A stretch of DNA of 54,137 nt from Nostoc sp. DedSLP01 (GTDB taxonomy: Bacteria > Cyanobacteriota > Cyanobacteriia > Cyanobacteriales > Nostocaceae), in the NCBI GenBank assembly GCA_034530875.2, contig JAVRCJ020000036.1:13793-67929 (forward strand), written 5' to 3'. The notes below the pieces were generated by a model, which did not search any database, was not told the DNA's origin, and saw only the letters and a list, made by a program, of their open reading frames with translations. A program made the position numbers and the translations under genes. Positions 44,867-54,137 of the stretch are shown here, piece after piece (position 1 is the stretch's first letter; every line of letters begins with the position of its first letter).

Positions 44867-47800
44867 ATGAGATACCAAGTAGGGGGTAGCCTTCGTAGTG
44901 ACGATCCCACGTATGTTGTTCGTCAGGCAGACGAAAAACTTTATGAAAGCCTAAAAGTCGGCGATTTTTGTTACGTCTTAAATTGTCGGCAGATGGGTAA
45001 ATCATCTTTACTACAGCGCACGAGTTATCGTTTAACCCAAGAAGGCTATAGCTGCGTTTACTTGGATATGACCCGCTTAGGTAGCGAAGATACTACAGCG
45101 GAACAATGGTACAAAGGTGTGATTCTCAGCTTGTTCTACAGCTTCAATTTGGGGGAAAAGGTCAACTTTAAACAATGGTGGGAGATGCAAACAGGCATTT
45201 CCTCTGTGCAAAAATTAGATCGGTTTGTAGAAGAATTGTTATTGCCAAAGCTCGAGGGCGATTCTGAAGGCGGAACAGCCAAAAGAATTATTATTTTTAT
45301 TGATGAGATTGATAGCTTATTAAGTTTAAATTTTCCTGTCAATGACTTTTTTGCTTGGATTCGTCATTGTTACAATCAGCAAGCATCTGACCCAAATTTC
45401 CAACGATTAGGATTTGCGCTATTTGGAGTAGCCAGCCCATCGGATTTAATAGCAGATAAACGCCGCACACCTTTTAATATTGGTACAGCAATTGAGTTAC
45501 AGGGTTTTAAATTAGATGAAGCCAAACCATTACTCAAGGGGTTAGAGCAAATCATTAGCCAACCAGAAGTAGTACTTAGAGAGATTATTTATTGGACGGG
45601 AGGACAGCCATTTCTGACCCAAAAACTCTGCCAAATAGTTGCCCAAACTGCCTCGAAAACATCTACCAGAACAATCTCATTACTTCCTGGAACTGAAGAA
45701 TTTTGGATAGAACAATTAGTGCGATCGCAGATTATCGAACATTGGGAAGCAAAAGACGAACCAGAACATCTGCGGACAATTCGCGATCGCCTACTCTACC
45801 ACGAACACCGAGCAGCAAGATTACTCGGACTTTATCAACGAGTGTTGGAAGCAGAGGGGGAGGGGAGACAAGGAAGTGTGGGGAGTGTGGGGAGCGAGGG
45901 GGGAAAGATTTCTTCGCCATCCTCCCACACCTTCCACACCTCCCCGCTTGCCCAATGCCCAATCCCCACGGATGATAGCCTAGAACAGACGGAACTGTTG
46001 TTATCTGGCTTAGTAGAGAAACACAACGGCTATCTCAAAATTAAAAATCCCATTTATCGCCATGTTTTCAATGCCGAATGGGTACTCAGACAGTTAGACA
46101 ACCTCCGTCCTTACTCGCAAACATTCAACGCTTGGGTAGCATCAGCTTATAAAGATGAATCGCGTCTGTTGCGAGGAAAAGCTCTCAAAGATACCCAAAA
46201 TTGGGTTCAGGGCAAAAGTCTTAGTGATTTGGATTATCAATTTTTAGCTGCTAGTCAAGAATACGAACGCAAAGCACTGCAAACGGCAATGGAAGCAGCC
46301 CAAGCTAGAGAAGTGGAAGCAAGACTAGCACAAGAGAGGAAGGCTGCAAAATTGCAAAGATTTCTTTTAATTACAGTAGCTATTGCCTTATTCGTCTCTA
46401 GTGGGTTGGGAATCGGAAGTTTTATTTTGTACCGCCAAACTCTCAAAAGCGCATACGAAGCAAGAAGCAGTGAAATCAAAGCCCTGGTATCTTCTTCTGA
46501 GGGTTTATTTGCCTCAAATCGTCGATTAGATGCGCTTATACAAGCAATCAAAGCCAAGGGTAGATTAGAAAAACTAGGTAAACCAAACGCAAATATCGAG
46601 CATCAGGTAAATGCTGTATTACAGCAAGCAGTTTATGGAGCAGATGAGTACAATCATTTTTCTGGTCATACAGCAGCTGTTATCGCAGTAGATATCAGCC
46701 CTGATAGTTCTTTAATTGCCTCAGGCAGCATAGATCGAACAATTAAGCTTTGGCGAAGAGATGGTACAGAAGTTGCAACTCTCAAAGGTCATACAGGAGC
46801 AGTGAGGGCGATCGCTTTTAGCCCTGACGGTCAGATACTCGCCTCGGCCGGTGAAGATGGCAGCATTAAACTTTGGCAGCGAGACGGCACTTTGCTCAAC
46901 AGTTTCAAAGCTCACACCGCTTCAATCTGGGGAATAGCGTTTAGTCCCGACGGTCAATTCCTGGCCTCTGGCAGTTGGGACACAACTGTGAAAATTTGGC
47001 AGCGAGATGGTACTTTGCTCAAGACCTTTCAAGGTTACAAAATCGGGTTTTTCGGAATCGCCTTCAGCCCTGATGGTCAAATCCTTGCTGCGGGCAATGG
47101 AGATGGGACAGTGAAACTCTGGAAACGAAACGCTTCGCGCTGGCAAAACGCCCAACCTCTAAAACCTCTAAAAGGTCATACTGCTTGGGTTTTGAAAGCA
47201 GTTTTTACTCCTGATGGTCAGATGATGGCTTCAGCCAGTGAAGACAAAACTATCAAACTCTGGAAGCGAGACAGCAAAAATGGCAGCTACCGCGAGTATA
47301 AAACTCTTAAAGGTCACACTGCGGGTATTTGGGGAGTCGCCTTCAGTTCTGATGGTCAAACTATTGCCTCCGCCAGTCTCGATAAAACAATTAAACTTTG
47401 GAATATTGACGGTACGGAGCTGAGGACGCTTAGAGGACACAGTGCCTCAGTTTGGGGCGTGAGTTTGAGCAAGGATAACAGCTTTATTGCTTCGGCTGGT
47501 GCAGAAAACGTTGTCAGGCTGTGGCAGAAAGAGAATCCATTCCAGAAAAGTATTATTGCCCACGAAGCCGGGGTTTGGTCAATTGCGATCGCTCCAGACA
47601 GTTCCACTATCGCCACAGCTAGCCACGAAAACACTGCTAAACTTTGGAGTCGTCAAGGCAAATTGCTCAAAACTTTCGCTCAATCTGGCGGTGCAATCTT
47701 TGAGGTTTCATTCAGCGAAGATGGTAAATTAATTGTGCTTCGCTCCTACGATAATACGGTAAAACTCAAAAAGCCAGACGGCAGTACGGTCGCCACTTAC

Positions 47801-48517
47801 AAAGATTCTGTCACCAAACTCTTAACAGCAGTATTAAGTCCCAACGGTCAAACAATCGCAATGGGAAATGTCGAAAAGGTTGTGCAGATCTGGAAACGCA
47901 ATCGACCCAAACCGCAGATTCTCAAAGGACATCAAGCCGAAGTCTGGGAAGTTGCATTTAGTCCAGACGGTCGCTCGATCGCTTCAGTCAGCGGCGATGG
48001 TACTGCTAAATTGTGGACGTTGGATGGTAAGTTACTTAAAACCCTTGTGGGACACACCGCAGCAATTTGGAGAGTTGCCTTTAGCCAGGACAGTAAAACG
48101 ATCGCAACTGGCAGCGGTGATAATACTGTCAAGTTGTGGACGCTTGATGGCAAGTTACTTAAAACCCTCAAAGGTCACACAGCCGCAATTTGGGGAGTTG
48201 CTTTTACTCCAGACGGCAAAATAGTTGCTTCTGGCAGCGTAGATACTACCGTTAAACTCTGGAAGCTCGATGGTAAAGAACTGACTACCCTTAGAGGACA
48301 TACCGCAGCGATTAGGAAAATTGCCATCAGCCGCGATGGGACTTTGCTAGCTTCTGGGGGTGACGACAACACGCTGATTCTGTGGAATTTGCAGCGAATT
48401 CTCAACCTAAACGCACCAACTTATGCTTGCGCTTTGGTACGGGATTATTTGAAAACGAATATAGCATTGGAACAGAGCGATCGCTTTCTTTGCGAACCAT
48501 CGAATTTCAATAAATGA
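44867..48517 (+). CDS. AAA_35 NTPase + TM helix + ~14 WD40 repeats
   Basis: YQVGGSL...YVVRQAD, RQMGKSSL, IFIDEIDS, RTPFNIG; repeated LKGHT..VW.VAFSPDG..ASGS.D.TVKLW. Confidence 0.92.
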   Translation: MRYQVGGSLRSDDPTYVVRQADEKLYESLKVGDFCYVLNCRQMGKSSLLQRTSYRLTQEGYSCVYLDMTRLGSEDTTAEQWYKGVILSLFYSFNLGEKVNFKQWWEMQTGISSVQKLDRFVEELLLPKLEGDSEGGTAKRIIIFIDEIDSLLSLNFPVNDFFAWIRHCYNQQASDPNFQRLGFALFGVASPSDLIADKRRTPFNIGTAIELQGFKLDEAKPLLKGLEQIISQPEVVLREIIYWTGGQPFLTQKLCQIVAQTASKTSTRTISLLPGTEEFWIEQLVRSQIIEHWEAKDEPEHLRTIRDRLLYHEHRAARLLGLYQRVLEAEGEGRQGSVGSVGSEGGKISSPSSHTFHTSPLAQCPIPTDDSLEQTELLLSGLVEKHNGYLKIKNPIYRHVFNAEWVLRQLDNLRPYSQTFNAWVASAYKDESRLLRGKALKDTQNWVQGKSLSDLDYQFLAASQEYERKALQTAMEAAQAREVEARLAQERKAAKLQRFLLITVAIALFVSSGLGIGSFILYRQTLKSAYEARSSEIKALVSSSEGLFASNRRLDALIQAIKAKGRLEKLGKPNANIEHQVNAVLQQAVYGADEYNHFSGHTAAVIAVDISPDSSLIASGSIDRTIKLWRRDGTEVATLKGHTGAVRAIAFSPDGQILASAGEDGSIKLWQRDGTLLNSFKAHTASIWGIAFSPDGQFLASGSWDTTVKIWQRDGTLLKTFQGYKIGFFGIAFSPDGQILAAGNGDGTVKLWKRNASRWQNAQPLKPLKGHTAWVLKAVFTPDGQMMASASEDKTIKLWKRDSKNGSYREYKTLKGHTAGIWGVAFSSDGQTIASASLDKTIKLWNIDGTELRTLRGHSASVWGVSLSKDNSFIASAGAENVVRLWQKENPFQKSIIAHEAGVWSIAIAPDSSTIATASHENTAKLWSRQGKLLKTFAQSGGAIFEVSFSEDGKLIVLRSYDNTVKLKKPDGSTVATYKDSVTKLLTAVLSPNGQTIAMGNVEKVVQIWKRNRPKPQILKGHQAEVWEVAFSPDGRSIASVSGDGTAKLWTLDGKLLKTLVGHTAAIWRVAFSQDSKTIATGSGDNTVKLWTLDGKLLKTLKGHTAAIWGVAFTPDGKIVASGSVDTTVKLWKLDGKELTTLRGHTAAIRKIAISRDGTLLASGGDDNTLILWNLQRILNLNAPTYACALVRDYLKTNIALEQSDRFLCEPSNFNK
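45853..45970. repeat. STRR inverted-repeat element inserted in frame in the WD40 gene
   Basis: GAAGTGTGGGGAGTGTGGGG...CCCACACCTTCCACACCTCCCC..CCCAATGCCCAAT, translated as GRQGSVGSVGS...SHTFHTSPLAQCP. Confidence 0.8.
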
Positions 48518-49046
48518 GACTCGCTAAGAGTCCAGTTTAATCGAGATTTTAGACTCTTGACTTTTGATTATCTAAAATATTACAATCATCTGCCGCCTTA
48601 AATGCAGATAGCTGAAGACAGCGATCGCTGCATTAACACGGGATAAGGAGTGGCTGATTGGATGTGAGGAACCCACGAAGTAAAAACAAGGGTTTCAAAC
48701 ACACTAATGTATAAAGATTTGTGTCAGCAAGTACAACAGATACAAGATATGTTTAACAGAGGATTTGAACTTGATGAGGTACGCAACCTGAGTTCTGTAG
48801 CCGGAAATCAAGCTTGTCCTAGTTGGCAATTAATCAATTTTGCTGCATTACCGACTAATGGAGTTAAAATAACACGGAAATCATAACTGCCAGTTCCATG
48901 CCATTTTGTCACCTTGTCTTATTCTTAACCTCGAGTTTATGTTTTGCGGTAATAGAATTAAGAATGAAGCCCTTGTAATAGCTTTCAACTATCAAAAGGT
49001 AGAAGCTACAATAGCAGATTTGACAAAATTAGAAAAACAAAAATCT

Positions 49047-49060
49047 GTATCCAAAAATAC
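49047..49060. promoter_or_regulatory. Possible NtcA box
   Basis: GTA-TCCAAAAA-TAC, 15 bp upstream of the argZ ATG. Confidence 0.45.
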
Positions 49061-49075
49061 GCTTGTAAAATTTTT

Positions 49076-51187
49076 ATGACTTCCCGGATTCGCTTTTTGA
49101 TGTGTCCCCCCGATCACTACGATGTAGACTATGTGATCAATCCCTGGATGGAAGGGAATATTCACAAATCATCGCGCGATCGCGCTGTAGAACAGTGGCA
49201 GGGACTACACCACATCCTCAAAGAACACGCCATTGTAGACTTAGTAACACCAGAGAAAGGTTGGCCGGATATGGTTTTTACAGCCAACGCTGGTTTAGTA
49301 CTAGGAGATACTGTAGTACTTAGTCGGTTTTTACACAAAGAACGCCAGGGAGAAGAACCTTACTTCAAACAATGGTTTGAGGCAAATGGTTATACAGTCA
49401 ACGAACTTCCCAAAGATTTGCCTTTTGAAGGAGCAGGAGACGCACTGCTAGATCGAGAAGGACGCTGGTTATGGGCGGGATACGGTTTCCGTTCGGAATT
49501 AGATTCTCATCCTTACCTAGCTAAATGGCTGGATATAGAAGTACTGTCTCTGCGGCTGATAGACGAACGTTTCTATCACTTAGATACCTGTTTTTGTCCG
49601 TTAGCAAACGGCTATTTGCTCTACTATCCAGGTGCTTTTGACTCTTACTCCAACCGCTTAATTGAAATACGAGTTGCACCAGAAAAGCGAATCGCCATTG
49701 CCGAAGCTGATGCAGTCAACTTCGCTTGTAATGCGGTGAATGTGGATAGCATCGTCATCATGAATAAGGCAAGTGACGCCTTAAAGTCCCGCCTTGCAGA
49801 AGTCGGTTTCCAAGTGCTGGAAACGCCGCTGACCGAATTTCTCAAAGCTGGCGGTGCGGCTAAATGTTTAACTCTGCGGGTGACAGAACCAGTTAGAGAA
49901 GAAGTCCATGCCAACGTCTCGGTAGAAAGCCGCATCATTCGCATGGAAGGACACTTGCTAGACGCTGGTTTGATTAACCGCGCTTTGGATTTGATTGTCG
50001 ATGCTGGTGGAAGTTTCCAAGTTTTGAATTTCAACTTGGGGGAACAACGCCAAAGTACATCTGCTGCGGAAGTGAAGGTATCAGCACCATCCCACGAAGT
50101 GATGGAAGAAATCATTTCGCGGTTGATTGATTTGGGTGCTGTAGACTTACCCGAAGATGAGCGAGACGCTAAACTAGAGCCTGTAACCCAAAATGGCGTA
50201 GCGCCCGATGATTTCTACGTCAGTACAATTTATCCCACCGAAGTGCGGATTAAGGGTCAGTGGGTGAAAGTAGAAAATCAACGCATGGATGGGGCGATCG
50301 CCATTACTCAAACTGCCAATGGCTTCAGAGCAAGGTGTAAAATATTACGCGATTTAGAAATTGGCGAACAAGTCGTTACAGATGTGTTAGGTATCCGCAC
50401 CATCCGCAAAACCGAGTCGCGGGAACAACGCAGTACCAATGAATTTAGCTTTATGTCGTCGGGAGTTTCCAGCGAACGCCGCGTGGAATTAGTTGTGGAG
50501 CAAGTCGCTTGGGAATTGCGTAAAATTCGCGATGCTGGCGGTAAAGTAGTTGTCACTGCTGGCCCGGTGGTGATTCACACTGGCGGCGGCGAACACCTAG
50601 CGCAACTAATTCGCCAAGGATACGTACAAGCGCTACTCGGTGGCAATGCGATCGCTGTCCACGACATCGAACAAAATATCATGGGCACCTCCTTGGGTGT
50701 GGACATGAAGCGGGGCGTCGCCGTCCGTGGCGGACACCGCCATCACCTAAAGGTAATTAATACCATCCGCCGTTACGGTAGCATTGCCAAAGCCGTGGAA
50801 GCGGGAGCAATCAAGAGTGGCGTCATGTATGAGTGCGTCCAGAACGATGTGCCTTTTGTACTTGCCGGCTCGATTCGGGATGACGGCCCTTTACCTGACA
50901 CCCAAATGGATTTGCTCAAAGCCCAAGAAGAATACGCCAAAAACTTAGAAGGTGCAGAGATGATTTTGATGCTCTCATCAATGCTGCACTCCATTGGCGT
51001 AGGCAATATGACTCCGGCAGGGGTAAAAATGGTATGCGTGGATATTAATCCAGCTGTAGTAACAAAACTGAGCGATCGCGGTTCTGTAGAATCAGTGGGT
51101 GTAGTCACAGATGTGGGATTATTCCTCAGTCTTTTAATACAGCAGTTAGATAAATTAACAAGTCCTTATGTTAGTAAGGTAAGTTAA
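49076..51187 (+). CDS. argZ: Bifunctional arginine dihydrolase / ornithine cyclodeaminase (ArgZ/AgrE)
   Basis: Amidinotransferase domain (YVINPWM, PDMVFTAN, FEGAGD, FYHLDTC, GGAAKCLTL) plus LOR/SDH C-terminus (GSIRDDGPLPD, DINP); 703 aa. Confidence 0.95.
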   Translation: MTSRIRFLMCPPDHYDVDYVINPWMEGNIHKSSRDRAVEQWQGLHHILKEHAIVDLVTPEKGWPDMVFTANAGLVLGDTVVLSRFLHKERQGEEPYFKQWFEANGYTVNELPKDLPFEGAGDALLDREGRWLWAGYGFRSELDSHPYLAKWLDIEVLSLRLIDERFYHLDTCFCPLANGYLLYYPGAFDSYSNRLIEIRVAPEKRIAIAEADAVNFACNAVNVDSIVIMNKASDALKSRLAEVGFQVLETPLTEFLKAGGAAKCLTLRVTEPVREEVHANVSVESRIIRMEGHLLDAGLINRALDLIVDAGGSFQVLNFNLGEQRQSTSAAEVKVSAPSHEVMEEIISRLIDLGAVDLPEDERDAKLEPVTQNGVAPDDFYVSTIYPTEVRIKGQWVKVENQRMDGAIAITQTANGFRARCKILRDLEIGEQVVTDVLGIRTIRKTESREQRSTNEFSFMSSGVSSERRVELVVEQVAWELRKIRDAGGKVVVTAGPVVIHTGGGEHLAQLIRQGYVQALLGGNAIAVHDIEQNIMGTSLGVDMKRGVAVRGGHRHHLKVINTIRRYGSIAKAVEAGAIKSGVMYECVQNDVPFVLAGSIRDDGPLPDTQMDLLKAQEEYAKNLEGAEMILMLSSMLHSIGVGNMTPAGVKMVCVDINPAVVTKLSDRGSVESVGVVTDVGLFLSLLIQQLDKLTSPYVSKVS

Positions 51188-51916
51188 AAAACGAATCGTT
51201 GCTATCGAAAGTTAATTTAGCGATCGCCATTGTGCGTAACAAGCTTAATAGTAGGGTAAGTGTTTACTACCCTACTATTTTTTATTTTCAGGGAACAGGG
51301 AAGAAAAAACAGACTTATTTGAACTGTATTGCCAGAAAATATTGCACATATAGTGAAAATAGCACGTATAGTACAGTTTTCTGCATAAGAGAACACACCA
51401 TCATGTAATTACAAGGTAAAAATTATGCAATCGACTGTGCAGAAAAGGTGAATGCATTACCAGGTCTTTTTATTTAATCTAAGTGTTATGTAAAAACTCA
51501 AGCTTTAACAAACCACTCAGACAAACTACTTAGGGCAGCAATTATGCAACAGTTAACAAGTTTCAATGGGGCAGGCAGCACGCATACCGAAAAAGTACTG
51601 GCTCTGGACTTTTCTGCTTCTGAAAAACGCTCTCAACAGTTAGAAGTTGTACAGTGCCAGAAAGCGCAACAAGGAGAATATGTTTCTTGTTGTATCCAAG
51701 CCTTGGAATATTTAATTGGTAAAAAGCAGCGATTTGATTCACTCAAAAAAATTTGGAACTAGACATAAAAAAAGGTCACTGTTTAACGCTGTTCAACGAG
51801 TTGCAATTACTAGTTTCGCCATACTAGGAATGATTGCAGTTTTGAATGGAGTATTACAGCCAAAAAATCAATCAGCAGCGCTAATTGCTCCATCAGGAAT
51901 TCATCAAAAATAGAAC

Positions 51917-52210
51917 TTATGCCTATCCCCAATCTTGCTGTTTGCTGGTAGTTTTTGTGTCGGCATTTTGATTTATAGCGACTGATGGAACTTCCAAATC
52001 CGCGATTTCTCTTCAATTTAGCGCCAATCACTGACACAGTTCTTCAAAAGTCGCATGGTCTACAGGTTTGCCTGTCAGGAAGCTGCTAACTGTTGCTAAA
52101 GCTAATCCTACCTCCTGAGCCAAAATTCTTTGACTGGGATACCTATTACGCCTGACTGCCAATTTGACTTTCTCAATGCGATCGCTACGAACTTTGAGAG
52201 ATCTAGGCAT
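51917..52210 (-). pseudogene. Decayed 5' end of an HTH-NB-ARC/NACHT-type gene
   Basis: MPRSLKVR...SQRILAQEVGLALATVSSFLTGKPVD...ELCQ*LALN*REIADL...KQQDWG*; stops in frame, and QDWG normally precedes the NTPase domain. Confidence 0.65.
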
Positions 52211-52350
52211 AGCTAATTGCTGGCAACTATCTCGATTTTACACGCTCAAGTCACTCATAAATCAAAACAACTCAGGAGTTCTCACTCTGGAATCCAGTAA
52301 GCAACAAAGTTTGATGAATATATACCTTTAAATCTCAAAGGGCACAAAAC

Positions 52351-52797
52351 ATGACTTTCAAATCACTTTGGGCCGGTGTATTTGGGCTAGCTTTACTCAT
52401 AAATGGCAATATCTTTGCCTTTGGCCAAGAGCAACCCACTCAAAGGCTTTCAGTCTCATTTTCGGATGGCGTTGTTAGTGGTACGACCAACAAGGCTGTT
52501 AACAGTATTGGGAATTTACTTTGGCATTTTTACACAAGCGAGGAAGACACAACTTATCTGACTTATAACGCCATTAGTATTGGCGGCCATAGCTGCCAAA
52601 GGGACTTTACAAAATTACTTAATATTGCAAGCTACTGTCTGCGAATACCGCCACAAGTTACCCAACCTGTGCGTGTACTTGATTTACAAAACCACCTTGC
52701 TCAATTGAAATTACCGCGTAACGGCACGCCTACTGGTCGTACTCGAGGGGGGGCAACACGTGCGTACTGGAACTCAATACCCACAGCTAAAAACTAA
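52351..52797 (+). CDS. Secreted hypothetical protein ending in a DUF928-like PxxGxPxGRxxGGxR motif
   Basis: Signal peptide; LKLPRNGTPTGRTRGGATR. Confidence 0.55.
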   Translation: MTFKSLWAGVFGLALLINGNIFAFGQEQPTQRLSVSFSDGVVSGTTNKAVNSIGNLLWHFYTSEEDTTYLTYNAISIGGHSCQRDFTKLLNIASYCLRIPPQVTQPVRVLDLQNHLAQLKLPRNGTPTGRTRGGATRAYWNSIPTAKN

Positions 52798-53115
52798 ATT
52801 TTTTAGCAGTACAGGAAGCTGGCGGTCAGCTCCATCTGAATCGAATTGTCAAAGACATTTTGCAATAGTGGAACGTACCAAAGCACCCAATCCTTGTGAT
52901 GTTGGTCAAGCGTGCCAAATCATCGCTAAAGATAACCTTGAGTTATGAGGCAAGGGTAGGTGCTTCAAGGTTAACGCTTGTTAAATAATAAGCAATGGCA
53001 TTGTGCCAGTTGCGTAAGTCCTGCATACAAAAATACTAACGATCGATTTAACCAAATGCTACGTTAACCTTTATGATGACGATAGCAACAAGCAAAAATC
53101 GTACCTGTTAAGTCA

Positions 53116-53958
53116 ATGAAATGGATCTTAACAACTGCTCTGATTTTGAGCAGCACTACCCAATATTCAGCACAAGTAACAGATCGAGCTCAACAACCAG
53201 TTACTAATAAACAGCCTGCACAACCAGTTAAAACACCTGCTTCACCTCAACGACCTACTTCTCGACCAGTTTTTATTTTGCCAAAAGCACCTGCTTCATT
53301 AAGTCCTGTATCTGGACGTAGAGCAGGAATGGGTAGTCGAGATAATTGCCCTGCGGTTTCAACCCCGCTCACTGCCTTAGTACCATTTCAAGAGGAACAA
53401 AAGGTTGGCAAACAGATAAACAAGTCAATTATCGGAACTGTAGAGGGACTAACCACTTTAGAACGGCCTACGTTTTGGTTTTACATTCCCTACACGAAGG
53501 ATTTGTCTAACTCAAGTGCTGAATTTAGCTTACAGGATAGCGCCGAAAATGATGTTTATAGAAATGCGATCGCCTTACCTTCAAAGCCAAGTATCGTTGG
53601 TATTTCTCTCCCTAGTACTGCTTCATTAGAAGTAGATCGGACATATCGCTGGTATTTAAAAGTACGTTGTAACAAAGAGACAGCAAGCATTCCTGTATAT
53701 GTAGAAGGGGGCATTAAAAGAATCAATTTAGACGATGGTGTTATCCAACAATTAGAAGCTGCAAATGAGCCTCGACAAAAAATTATAATCTATGCTGAAA
53801 AAGGGATTTGGTTTGACGCTTTAAATATGCTAGTACAACTACGCGTTTCTAATTATAATGATGCATCTATTGAAAAAGATTGGCAAAGTTTATTGCAATC
53901 AGTCAATTTGGATAATCTTGCTATGATGCCTCTAATAAAATTACCAAGGCGTTATTGA
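53116..53958 (+). CDS. DUF928 domain protein
   Basis: GRRAGMGSRDNC, LTALVP, PTFWFYIPY, YRWY, YAEKGIWFDAL, WQSLLQSVNL. Confidence 0.92.
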   Translation: MKWILTTALILSSTTQYSAQVTDRAQQPVTNKQPAQPVKTPASPQRPTSRPVFILPKAPASLSPVSGRRAGMGSRDNCPAVSTPLTALVPFQEEQKVGKQINKSIIGTVEGLTTLERPTFWFYIPYTKDLSNSSAEFSLQDSAENDVYRNAIALPSKPSIVGISLPSTASLEVDRTYRWYLKVRCNKETASIPVYVEGGIKRINLDDGVIQQLEAANEPRQKIIIYAEKGIWFDALNMLVQLRVSNYNDASIEKDWQSLLQSVNLDNLAMMPLIKLPRRY

Positions 53959-54137
53959 AGAAGAATTCAGAATTCAGAATTCAGCAATCTTTCAGTGGGG
54001 GATTCAGATCCGCCACTGATTGAAGACCACCAAATCTACGATTTAGTGGGGGTCTAAGATCTGATTCGTAAAGAAAATCTCAAGAGACAGTGGATGAGTG
54101 GGAGTGGATTTTAAGCTAGATCGAGTTGCATAATTGT

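Noticed and set aside
51199..51913. Short ORFs downstream of argZ
   Set aside because: No recognisable domains; 51544..51762 has a possible RBS, but the evidence is insufficient.
1..54137. HIP1 (GCGATCGC) abundance as a novel repeat system; tRNA/rRNA genes
   Set aside because: HIP1 over-representation is a known cyanobacterial trait; no tRNA cloverleaf or rRNA-like segment was recognised.

Overview
Chromosomal window from a filamentous, heterocyst-forming-type cyanobacterium (Nostocales-like: dense HIP1 GCGATCGC octamers, STRR heptamer repeats, Nostoc-type MITEs). Left ~33 kb is accessory. (1) 1-5.4 kb: a repeat-rich membrane protein, a DUF2235 lipase-like hydrolase, a cyclooxygenase-like heme dioxygenase and a catalase-related protein, i.e. 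a probable oxylipin operon with its own lipase. (2) 5.4-9.9 kb: a LamG x2/coiled-coil/FG-GAP protein plus a decayed paralogue fused to an IS66-like end at a HIP1 site. (3) 10.7-25.5 kb: gas-vesicle accessory genes gvpJKFG-V-W with no gvpA/C/N, then an ArsA-type ATPase, two paralogous Cdc48-like AAA+ ATPases, a LamG/Gly-Leu-repeat protein, an NrdG-like radical SAM enzyme and a coiled-coil protein. This is the best candidate for an undescribed system. (4) 25.5-33.2 kb: a decayed plasmid/prophage-like module with a three-operator XRE switch, and an IS graveyard (IS5, IS4, ISAs1, ISAzo13); a TnpB remnant lies earlier, at 18.5-19.1 kb. The right part is more ordinary: an RTX protein, an organosulfur cluster (SsuA-like, thiol dioxygenase, class II aldolase), aroF-PAM68-rpsO, an AAA_35/WD40 pair, argZ/agrE and DUF928. 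No rRNA, tRNA or CRISPR array seen. All family calls come from recognising motifs by eye; no database search was run.
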